A DNA stretch of 14,812 bases from Promethearchaeati archaeon (GTDB lineage: Archaea > Asgardarchaeota > Heimdallarchaeia > JABLTI01), in NCBI GenBank assembly GCA_013166835.1, contig JABLTI010000069.1:1-14812 (forward strand). Reading direction: 5' to 3'. The notes beneath the pieces were generated by a model, which was given only the letters and a program-made list of their open reading frames with translations, did no database searches and was not told the origin of the DNA. Every line of letters begins with the position of its first letter. The stretch's first letter is position 1. The translations under genes were made by a program, and so were the position numbers. Of this stretch, positions 1 through 7,324 are shown in pieces.

Positions 1-159
1 AATCAATTTTGTAGCATCTATTACCTTTGTTTTCTCACTTGGTTCTATTAAGCCAATTTTAGTAATTTTACCTTTGGTTATTCCAATATCTGCTTTAAAC
101 CAAGGATTACCCGTTCCATCAATAACTCTTCCATTTTTTATTACAACATCAAATTCCAT
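1..159 (-). CDS. Amidohydrolase, N-acyl-D-amino-acid deacylase/dihydroorotase-like (N-terminal 53 aa; runs off the window edge)
   Basis: Manual translation from ATG at 159 gives MEFDVVIKNGRVIDGTGNPWFKADIGITKGKITKIG..., the typical N-terminal beta-sandwich motif of D-aminoacylase-type amidohydrolases. GAGGA SD at 167-171 (minus strand). Not in the supplied ORF track. Confidence 0.85.
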   Translation of the reverse strand, partial: MEFDVVIKNGRVIDGTGNPWFKADIGITKGKITKIGLIEPSEKTKVIDATKLI

Positions 160-180
160 TTTATTTTCCTCGTTTACTTT

Positions 181-675
181 CTATTTCGCACCATAATAGG
201 TGAACATATTTACGTTTGCTTTTGCTGCCTTCAAATACGACCAAAGAACACCCTTGTGTAAAGCTAAATGAGTTGTCAGCTTAGGAAGAAAATGAGTCCA
301 TGCTCGATGTGGTGAATCAGGTTCATAAAAAGGATGCAGAGTTTCTTTAAGTAAATCCTCCTCAGTGAGTTTCTCAAAATACTTTCGAAAATAATTACAA
401 CTCTCATCGAATACTTTCAAAACATCATCAATTTCTTTCTTGTTGAGTTTAAGCTCAAGTTTATGAGTTTCTTCCCCGGAGGGAACCTTCCCCGAATAGA
501 TATCAACATCTATTTGAGGTATTTGAGCTATATGATTAACTAGTTCAAGCAAAGTTCTACTATCTTCCGTTAAGCGAAAATCTAAAGAAACCTCCTTTGC
601 TTTTTCCATAACAACTCGTACTTCTTTGATTTCATCTTCAAAGAAATCCAACAAAACATCCTTAATGGTTTTCAT
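181..675 (-). CDS. DinB/YfiT-like four-helix-bundle metal-binding protein
   Basis: Motifs RTLLELVNHIA and THLALHKGVLWSYLKA match the DinB His triad pattern (H...HxxxH, then G-L-x-x-Y-L-K/R). Start moved to ATG at 675 (MKTIKD) because the upstream 33 codons cross the AT-rich promoter region. Confidence 0.8.
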   Translation of the reverse strand: MKTIKDVLLDFFEDEIKEVRVVMEKAKEVSLDFRLTEDSRTLLELVNHIAQIPQIDVDIYSGKVPSGEETHKLELKLNKKEIDDVLKVFDESCNYFRKYFEKLTEEDLLKETLHPFYEPDSPHRAWTHFLPKLTTHLALHKGVLWSYLKAAKANVNMFTYYGAK

Positions 676-756
676 GGGAAAAAATAGGTTTTTACAGTAA
701 AATATTTTTCCAAAATAAGGAAGAGTAAAAGGGTAATTGTTCCTTATTACAAATCT

Positions 757-764
757 TTTATAAA
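757..764. promoter_or_regulatory. Palindromic TATA box candidate in the divergent DinB / ORF807 intergenic region
   Basis: TTTATAAA about 43 nt upstream of ATG 807. Confidence 0.45.
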
Positions 765-806
765 GTAAAAACAAGAGAATTAAAGCAATTAGCGAGTGCG
801 TACGTT

Positions 807-1112
807 ATGTCGAATTTGGATACGTCCATTAGAAGATATGCCGAAGATGAGAATGGAGATTATATAGAAATCTGCAGTTGTCTTAATCCAAATAGATTTC
901 TAACATTCGATATTAATTCTAAGAACTATAAAGGAACTTATGGTTGTAATAAGGAGTATCCTTGTGCTAGGTTACAGATAAATAAACACAAATTAGTTTT
1001 GTTCCGAAGAAGACAGCGATTCTTAGAACCATATTTCGCTCATAAGAAAAAGAATCCCAAAATTAGAAAGGACCCTAATGACCAAACTATAGATCAGTTT
1101 TTTGCGGAATGA
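807..1112 (+). CDS. Small basic hypothetical protein with four Cys (possible metal binding)
   Basis: 101-aa ORF with an ATG start and upstream TATA. It fills the gap between genes and ends 3 nt from the convergent gene. Cys pattern CxC...Cx5C. Confidence 0.6.
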   Translation: MSNLDTSIRRYAEDENGDYIEICSCLNPNRFLTFDINSKNYKGTYGCNKEYPCARLQINKHKLVLFRRRQRFLEPYFAHKKKNPKIRKDPNDQTIDQFFAE

Positions 1113-1115
1113 GAA

Positions 1116-3143
1116 TTATTTTTTCTGGGAAATTAGTGGTAAGCAAAATTCAGTTTTATATTTTTGTTCACATTTATTACAAGAATAATTAACTATTACT
1201 TTTTCACATTTTATCCCCATCTCTTTAGATAATTGTACTAAATATTCACCTTGGCATTTATGGCACTTTTCGGGGATAACCAATGTAACTTTTTGTTCAG
1301 CATCTATCTCAAGTTCTTTTACATGGAATCTTCCAAGATTATAATATGCAAATTCTTCTAGTAGTTCTTTGAAATATTGTAATGCTTTCTGACTTCTAGT
1401 TCGAGCAAGATCTTGTCCAGTTTTAGTTAGCATGGTTTTAGGTGCTGCTACAGTATATGTTAGTTCTCGGCTTAAATTCTTGAGAATAGAGTTGCTCAGG
1501 TTGGCACCTCTTAGGGTCATTTTTGTAAAGAAATTAGCAATCCCTAGAGGTCCAAGTTTTTCTAATCGGTCTGCATCATGAACGATTTTGCAATTTATGT
1601 TACAATCAAGTTTTTTATTATAAAGAGCAGAGATCGCGGTTTCTACAGCTTCAATATCATTCTTGGATAAACCACTATTTACAAGCAACTTTTGAGCAAT
1701 AGAAGATGAGTGTTCCTCCTCAGTTACGTGGTCATCATGGTATTTTCCTAGAACAAATTTACCTGCATCATGGAGAATGGCGGCTATTGTTGGTACTAAA
1801 GGATTAATGCCCTCATTCAACGCTAATTTATAAGCGATTTTTCCAACTCGAAAAGAATGATCCCAAAGGAAATTAGTTGTGAAAGTTGGTGCATCTTCAT
1901 TGAATGCTTTTTCAGACTCTTGAATTATTTCCATTGCTTGATCTAAGAACAAAGGTATTTCGCTCTCTAGCATTGCATCTAAACTGTATATATGATGTTT
2001 TTTCTTTTTCAAATCTAGTAATTCCTTTAGTTTGGTTGTTTCCTTTTCCAATTCCACTTGATCTTTTAAGTTAAACATTTTAGCTATTACAAAAGCATCA
2101 GATAATGAATGAAACTCAAGAAAACGAATACCTCTATTTTGCCATTGAAAAGCTTCCTGCCAAAAGGATTTAACACATAACTCAACCATCTGTGTTCGCA
2201 TATCTTCTTTCGAATTCATTTCTTCCAATATAAATTTAGAAATAACATTAAACAACAAGATCCCAGCAAAAAAGAACATTTTCTGATTCATTAATTCTTT
2301 AGATATTTCCAAAGCTTGTGAAAGAATCTCTTTTTCAGGTTTCATGAAATTAAAATTTACGAGAAAAGTATCTACTTGTGTGAGGAGATCTTCATTCACT
2401 TGCTCAAAAACAACAAGTGAATTAGGTAAGTCAAAAAAATCTCCTGTCTGAGAATCATTTGAATTACTTATTTCTACTAATTTAGTTCTGTCATTTAAAC
2501 TAGTGAAAATATTATTAATTTCATTTACTCGATCTGATGAAAGTGCTAAGAACTTTATGTTTAATATTGCTCGGTGAAGATCATCAGCTCTACTTCGCTT
2601 AATTTGCGATAGTATTTTTGCTAAGATTCGTACTGGCTTTAATTTGAATGCGAAAACTAGCGGTTCTATTTTTCCAGTAGCATACCAAAATGGAACAATC
2701 ATAGAGCTACTTTTGAGTTGTGAAAATAAGTCTGCTAATATCTTTTCACCTAACAAAGGTAAATCTACTGGGACAACTAATGCGAACTCACTTTCTATGA
2801 AGTTGAAGGAAGATACTATACCCAATGTGGGTCCATTACATAGAAACCGATTATTGTCTTTCGCAATAGTAACTTTCGATTTTATGTTTTCAGGAAATTC
2901 ATCAATGATCTTTTGATAGATTGATTTACTATCTTCAAATTTAACCATAATGATTATCTTATCACAGAGATTTGAGAGCATTCTAATTGTTCTTTTTAAA
3001 ATAATTTCCCCGTTAAATGACATTAGGGCTTTATCTATCCAAGGTTCGTTTTCCTTTTGAAACCGAATACTGTATCCACCTGAAAGAATTATTCCAGTAA
3101 TTGATTGCTTAGATGAGTTTTGGTGGATCATCTTCTTCAACAT
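1116..3143 (-). CDS. Fusion protein: MobA-like NTP transferase + helical region + HD phosphohydrolase + C-terminal Cys-rich Zn ribbon
   Basis: N-terminal ILSGGYSIRF...DKAL, GPTLGI, VPVDLP and IEPL are MobA-family motifs. HSFRV...AAILHDAGK...EEH...HDADRLEKLG is an HD domain. The C-terminus carries CHKC...KC...CNKC...FCLP. Confidence 0.8.
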   Translation of the reverse strand: MLKKMIHQNSSKQSITGIILSGGYSIRFQKENEPWIDKALMSFNGEIILKRTIRMLSNLCDKIIIMVKFEDSKSIYQKIIDEFPENIKSKVTIAKDNNRFLCNGPTLGIVSSFNFIESEFALVVPVDLPLLGEKILADLFSQLKSSSMIVPFWYATGKIEPLVFAFKLKPVRILAKILSQIKRSRADDLHRAILNIKFLALSSDRVNEINNIFTSLNDRTKLVEISNSNDSQTGDFFDLPNSLVVFEQVNEDLLTQVDTFLVNFNFMKPEKEILSQALEISKELMNQKMFFFAGILLFNVISKFILEEMNSKEDMRTQMVELCVKSFWQEAFQWQNRGIRFLEFHSLSDAFVIAKMFNLKDQVELEKETTKLKELLDLKKKKHHIYSLDAMLESEIPLFLDQAMEIIQESEKAFNEDAPTFTTNFLWDHSFRVGKIAYKLALNEGINPLVPTIAAILHDAGKFVLGKYHDDHVTEEEHSSSIAQKLLVNSGLSKNDIEAVETAISALYNKKLDCNINCKIVHDADRLEKLGPLGIANFFTKMTLRGANLSNSILKNLSRELTYTVAAPKTMLTKTGQDLARTRSQKALQYFKELLEEFAYYNLGRFHVKELEIDAEQKVTLVIPEKCHKCQGEYLVQLSKEMGIKCEKVIVNYSCNKCEQKYKTEFCLPLISQKK

Positions 3144-3213
3144 ATGAATTGATTAGTAATTATTCAATATTCTTTCGATTAAAAAGATAAAAAAAGATGA
3201 AAGAAGAAGGATT

Positions 3214-4506
3214 CTAATTCCTTCTACGACGTTCACTTCTTGAACGTGTTTTAGGAGGTTTCTTCTTAATCTCATCAGAGATGCTTTTCATGTCGATTTC
3301 TTTCTCGGCTTCTTCCTCTTCTTTGAGTTCATCCTCGACATCATCTTCCGCGTAATATGCTTCTTCAATTTCCTTATCGACTTTCTTTCTCTGCTCTTCT
3401 TGTTTTCGCATTTCAATGATTGTTTCTGAAACTTCAACTTTTCTTACTTCGCGACCAATAGTAAAGAGAACAGAACCAAACACCATGAAGACAAAGAAAA
3501 TTGCAATGATACTTGCAGCAAAGATTCCTATAGGAGGTAATGGAACATCAGGTTCTTCTTCTGGGATTTCAAAGAGAAGCCATGAAATCATATTTTCCCA
3601 GAGAAGAGCATTATCGTATACTTCAAACCAAGTATCAGAACTTGTATTAGTTATTGCTAAATCACTAAACATGATTGCTGAAGCACAAGATATTCCTCGA
3701 CTATCATAGGCGTCAATTTCACTTGAAGCCAAAATAGTGTGTTCTTGGGTTTTACCACCTTGAACCTCTCCATCTGCATTGACCTCATAAGTTGTGACTG
3801 AAGTATTAATCAATCTTTGAGCAAAGAGAGTGTCAACAGATGTACTATAGGTCAATAATTCATCTACAGAATCAGTACCAAGAAATCCTTGTAAGATTGA
3901 ATGATCAGTCAACATTGAATCATTATTGATGTAAATAAATCGTTCATCATCATAGCGATTGTTAAAATCATTCATTAAAGTTATTTGAGCTCGATCTATA
4001 GATAAACTTCCGTAGTCTACTTCATCCTGGCCACCACTGCCCATCATATAGTTCAGGTAGTTTGTATGACTAGTGTAATTTCTCATTTCTTCTTCAAAGA
4101 AATATGGATTAGCCAAATACAACATAGATCCACCATCACGATAAAATTCAAACAATGCTCTACGCTCAATAACAGAAAAAGCACTATCTGAATCGGGAGC
4201 TTGAATGGCATTAAGATTTGGAGCAGGAAGAATAATCAAATCAGCACCTTGAAGATTTACCAATGAAAAATTATCATAGTTTATGAAAACTGTAATCTCA
4301 AAACGTTCTTCAATTGCTTGGATAGCTGATTGCATTTGTGTGTGATTGAAGGTTTGTTGATGGGCTACATCAAAAATTACAAGGGGTTTGTTTTTGCCTT
4401 TGTAATCACTTCCAGCATTAACATTTACTAAATTAATACTTAATTGAAATAGAAGTATAAGACTCAAAATGATCATTAATGTATAGGTAATTTTCTTCGA
4501 TTTCAT
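3214..4506 (-). CDS. Type I membrane protein with extracellular GldG/IFT52 (GIFT, class I glutamine amidotransferase-like) domain
   Basis: Signal-like N-terminus (MKSKK + hydrophobic stretch). Motifs VIFDVAH, ADLIILPAP, EFYRDGGSMLYL, MFSD and DNALLWENMISWL. One TM helix (IGIFAASIIAIFFVFMVFGSVLFTIG), then an acidic and basic cytoplasmic tail. Start placed at ATG 4506 (track start 4524 is possible). Confidence 0.7.
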   Translation of the reverse strand: MKSKKITYTLMIILSLILLFQLSINLVNVNAGSDYKGKNKPLVIFDVAHQQTFNHTQMQSAIQAIEERFEITVFINYDNFSLVNLQGADLIILPAPNLNAIQAPDSDSAFSVIERRALFEFYRDGGSMLYLANPYFFEEEMRNYTSHTNYLNYMMGSGGQDEVDYGSLSIDRAQITLMNDFNNRYDDERFIYINNDSMLTDHSILQGFLGTDSVDELLTYSTSVDTLFAQRLINTSVTTYEVNADGEVQGGKTQEHTILASSEIDAYDSRGISCASAIMFSDLAITNTSSDTWFEVYDNALLWENMISWLLFEIPEEEPDVPLPPIGIFAASIIAIFFVFMVFGSVLFTIGREVRKVEVSETIIEMRKQEEQRKKVDKEIEEAYYAEDDVEDELKEEEEAEKEIDMKSISDEIKKKPPKTRSRSERRRRN

Positions 4507-4565
4507 TGCAATCAACCATATCAATAGTAGATTATATTCTATTAGTGGTTTTCCTCAGTAACCAC

Positions 4566-4580
4566 TTATATAACTTTTTT
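4566..4580 (-). promoter_or_regulatory. BRE-TATA promoter candidate for the GIFT-domain gene
   Basis: Minus strand reads AAAAAAG-TTATATAA, about 60 nt upstream of ATG 4506. Confidence 0.55.
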
Positions 4581-4674
4581 GAAGAATTAGCTAAGTCAAA
4601 TATTAAACTATTTACATAACAATAAAATGAAATCCAGAGATTTTGTCTTATTTAGAATAATATAATAAGAACAA

Positions 4675-4688
4675 CAGTAAATTTAAAT
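4675..4688 (+). promoter_or_regulatory. BRE-TATA promoter candidate for the P-loop kinase gene
   Basis: CAGTAAA-TTTAAAT about 35-45 nt upstream of the GTG 4723 / ATG 4732 starts. Confidence 0.45.
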
Positions 4689-4722
4689 GCGCTAGCTCTG
4701 GCAGTAAGATGAGAATCTAGTT

Positions 4723-5298
4723 GTGATTATTATGGGAACACTTTTCTTAGCATTAACTGGGACACAAGGTTCAGGAAAATCAGTCTTCACCGACATTGCA
4801 AAAAAGAAATATCAAATTCCAACTTATAGATTAGGTACTATTATCATTGACGAATGCAAGGAAAGAGGATTGGAGGCTAATGGTCGTAATATGGCTAAAA
4901 TGGCTTCTGCCTTAAGATACGAAGAAGGGGATCAAGCAATTGCTAGAAAAGCATTGCCTGCCATTAAGGAATTAATTCAAGATAATCCTAAAATGCTGCT
5001 TATTGATGGTGTTCGCTCATATGCAGAACTTGCTTTATTACGAGCAGAGTTAGGTGAAATAAAACTAGTTGCAATTATCTCTTCCCTACAAATCAGGAAA
5101 CAAAGAATAGAAGCAAGAAAACGAATTGATCATGAATCAGAAGGGGATTTCGAGGAAAGAGAACAAAGAGAACTTGGTTTTGGTTTGGGTGATGTAATAA
5201 CTAAAGCCGATTACTACATTTTGAATGATGATATTTCAAAAAATGAGTTCATAGGAAAGATAGAACAAATTCTTGAAATAATATTAGACAACAAATAA
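4723..5298 (+). CDS. Archaeal P-loop NMP-kinase-like protein (dephospho-CoA kinase-like, COG0237/UPF0200 type)
   Basis: Walker A GTQGSGKS, LIDGVRS, and REQRELGFGLGDVITKADYYILN match this family. The start may be ATG 4732. Substrate unknown. Confidence 0.8.
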   Translation: MIIMGTLFLALTGTQGSGKSVFTDIAKKKYQIPTYRLGTIIIDECKERGLEANGRNMAKMASALRYEEGDQAIARKALPAIKELIQDNPKMLLIDGVRSYAELALLRAELGEIKLVAIISSLQIRKQRIEARKRIDHESEGDFEEREQRELGFGLGDVITKADYYILNDDISKNEFIGKIEQILEIILDNK

Positions 5299-5371
5299 TA
5301 AAATCAAAATAAGAAATGAATGATTACGCTTAATCCAAAGAATGGTAATTCAGCATAAATGTTCTAAAAAG

Positions 5372-5527
5372 CTACCAATTGTGCTTTCTGATTTTTGCGG
5401 TAGCACCGTAGCCACAACTAGCACAAACTGCTTTTTTCATGTTATAGGAATTCTTTCCGCATCTTCGACATCGTATGTGTGTTGGTGTACGATTTTTCTT
5501 TCCTTTACTGGGAGTTCCTTTGGTCAT
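5372..5527 (-). CDS. rpl37e: 50S ribosomal protein L37e (eL37)
   Basis: Manual translation: [51 protein letters not shown]. It has the CxxC...CxxC zinc finger and an AGGTGA SD at 5534-5539, and lies downstream of SmAP1 as is conserved in archaea. Missing from the ORF track. Confidence 0.97.
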   Translation of the reverse strand: MTKGTPSKGKKNRTPTHIRCRRCGKNSYNMKKAVCASCGYGATAKIRKHNW

Positions 5528-5559
5528 TATGATTCACCTTTATCTTCTATTTTTGGAAG

Positions 5560-5823
5560 CTATTTTTTAGCGACACTAGGTGGCGGACTAATAATTATTA
5601 CATTATCTCCACGTAAGATGATTGTTCCTAGGTTATTGTTTTCTCCTTCATCAATTATTTCCTCTGCTTCATCCAGAGTTAAGTTGAGATGGGCATCATA
5701 ATTCTTTAGCCTACCTCTTAATTGACGTCCACCCTTCAATTTCACTAATACAATACCATTAAGTGACATTGAGAGTAAATCCATAGGTCGATCTTTGTTC
5801 AATCGTTTCTCTTGTTTGCTCAT
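5560..5823 (-). CDS. Sm-like archaeal protein SmAP1 (LSm)
   Basis: Sm1 motif (RP.DLL...VLVKLKGGRQLRGRLKNYDAHLNLTLDEAEE) and Sm2 motif (LGTIILRGDNVIIISP), with linkage to rpl37e. Confidence 0.96.
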   Translation of the reverse strand: MSKQEKRLNKDRPMDLLSMSLNGIVLVKLKGGRQLRGRLKNYDAHLNLTLDEAEEIIDEGENNNLGTIILRGDNVIIISPPPSVAKK

Positions 5824-5884
5824 TTTGTTTGATCTCCAAGCATATAAATTTGAAACAATCTATATTCTTTTTGTGGTTCATTGC

Positions 5885-5900
5885 TTTTTAAATTCTTTCT
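5885..5900 (-). promoter_or_regulatory. BRE-TATA promoter candidate for the SmAP1-rpl37e operon
   Basis: Minus strand reads AGAAAGAA-TTTAAAAA, about 62 nt upstream of ATG 5823. Confidence 0.45.
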
Positions 5901-6022
5901 TCATTATTATTGAGTGTACAAAATATGATTGCATTTAAAGCTTTAGGGTAATTGATATAGAGCAAAAAAATAAAAAGTTGTTGTTATTGATTAACTAACA
6001 TGCGCCAGGAGTAGTTTATTTA

Positions 6023-6508
6023 ATGGAAATTATTCGTAGACATGTTTTAAGAAAAAGTGATTTCAAAGAGCTTAAAGAAAAACTTAGGAAAACCGTTGGT
6101 GAGTCAGCTGATGCTTTATTTGAAAAGAGTGCAGAATTGATTGTTACTGATCAAGGAGAGCTTTATGCTGAGAACAGAATTATACTAGCATTTAAGCTAA
6201 ATGAAGAGGTTTTTCCAAGTTTACGTGCTTTAAACAATGATCTAGCTAAGTTACCAACAATTACAGTTGATATGGGAGCAGTTCCATATATAACAAATGG
6301 TGCAGATGTTATGGCACCAGGAATAACCGATGTAACGAATGGATTACCTGAAGGAACAATTGTAACGATTATTGATGAAAACTTTGGGAAAGCATTAGCA
6401 ATTGGAAGATTACTGTTTGATAGTGACCAAATTGCTGAATCAAAAAAAGGCAAAGTAATTAAAAATATACATTATGTAAATGACTCTATTTGGTCTATGA
6501 GTTTGTAA
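6023..6508 (+). CDS. Pre-PUA/PUA RNA-binding protein (COG2016, MCT-1/Tma20-like)
   Basis: Motifs FPSL, VDMGAVPYITNGADVMAPGI, KALAIG and KKGKVIKNIHYVNDSIW. AGGAG SD upstream. Confidence 0.92.
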   Translation: MEIIRRHVLRKSDFKELKEKLRKTVGESADALFEKSAELIVTDQGELYAENRIILAFKLNEEVFPSLRALNNDLAKLPTITVDMGAVPYITNGADVMAPGITDVTNGLPEGTIVTIIDENFGKALAIGRLLFDSDQIAESKKGKVIKNIHYVNDSIWSMSL

Positions 6509-6530
6509 ATAGGTTCTCAAAAATTGTTGG

Positions 6531-7319
6531 TTGGTTAAATTGGGAAATGCAAACTACAAATTATACAACTCTAATGAAAAGCAAGGATGGTTCGTTAGTA
6601 ATAACCATAGTGATTTATTTTATTCGAAGTATCTTGCAGTAAGAAAAGGTAATTTTGTTGAACCTTGGAAAGACAATCAAATACATTATCACACAGTTTC
6701 CCAAGAAATATTCTTAGTGCTTGAGGGAGAAATAACTCTTCTAGTCAGTGAAAAATTGTTCAAATTAAAAAAAAGGAATTTTCTGATGTTGAATCCAAAT
6801 GTACCACATGCAATTTTAGGTGGTAAAGGTAAAATTCAAAATTATATCATGAAAATTCCCCAAATTGATGATGAGAGAATAGTAATACAGGAAGGAATTC
6901 AAAGTGATGAAATCCTCAGAAATACTCAATATGTGGAAATAACAGCTAAGGAAGGATTCTTTGCTGATTTAACAAAACCTGAAAATCATAATTGCTGGTT
7001 AATTGGTTTTGGAAAAGCTAAACATCATTCTTTAGGTTTTAGTTTAGCGTATATGGATTTCAAATCGGAATTTGATTTCAAAGAAGTTAAACATCCTAAT
7101 GATCTACACTATCATTCAAGTAGTGAAGAATGGTATTTTACATTTAATGGATCACAGAAATTAATGGTTGGAGAGAAAAAGATAGAGGTTCCAAAAGATT
7201 TTCTGCTAAAACTAGAAATGAATACTCCACATAAAGTAATAAAAAGAAAGTATCCCTTCGAAGGCATTACTTTGAGAACTCCTAACATTAAAGGGGATAA
7301 AGTAAGTCTTGAAGGATAA
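6531..7319 (+). CDS. Tandem cupin (bicupin) protein
   Basis: Two cupin motif sets: HYHTVSQEIFLVLEG...NVPH and HYHSSSEEWYFTFNG...NTPH. TTG start is uncertain. Confidence 0.8.
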   Translation: MVKLGNANYKLYNSNEKQGWFVSNNHSDLFYSKYLAVRKGNFVEPWKDNQIHYHTVSQEIFLVLEGEITLLVSEKLFKLKKRNFLMLNPNVPHAILGGKGKIQNYIMKIPQIDDERIVIQEGIQSDEILRNTQYVEITAKEGFFADLTKPENHNCWLIGFGKAKHHSLGFSLAYMDFKSEFDFKEVKHPNDLHYHSSSEEWYFTFNGSQKLMVGEKKIEVPKDFLLKLEMNTPHKVIKRKYPFEGITLRTPNIKGDKVSLEG

Positions 7320-7324
7320 GCACA

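Noticed and set aside
676-774. N-terminal extension of the DinB ORF in the track
   Set aside because: TTG start, aromatic low-complexity translation and overlap with the promoter region. The domain begins at ATG 675.
3214-3420. Repetitive TCT/TTC-rich sequence
   Set aside because: Explained by Glu/Lys/Arg codons of the charged protein tail, so not a DNA repeat.
2644-3709. Plus-strand ORFs 2644-2916 and 3416-3709
   Set aside because: Fully antisense to longer, motif-bearing genes, with Ser/Ile/Thr-rich shadow composition.
5299-5371. Possible C/D-box sRNA or K-turn between the kinase gene and rpl37e (ATGAATGA...; weak GATTAC/GTAATT pairing)
   Set aside because: No proper RUGAUGA plus CUGA pair on one strand, and the pairing is weak for AT-rich DNA.
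5342-5701. 119-aa plus-strand ORF from the track
   Set aside because: Antisense shadow of the clearly real rpl37e and SmAP1 genes, with no recognisable motifs.
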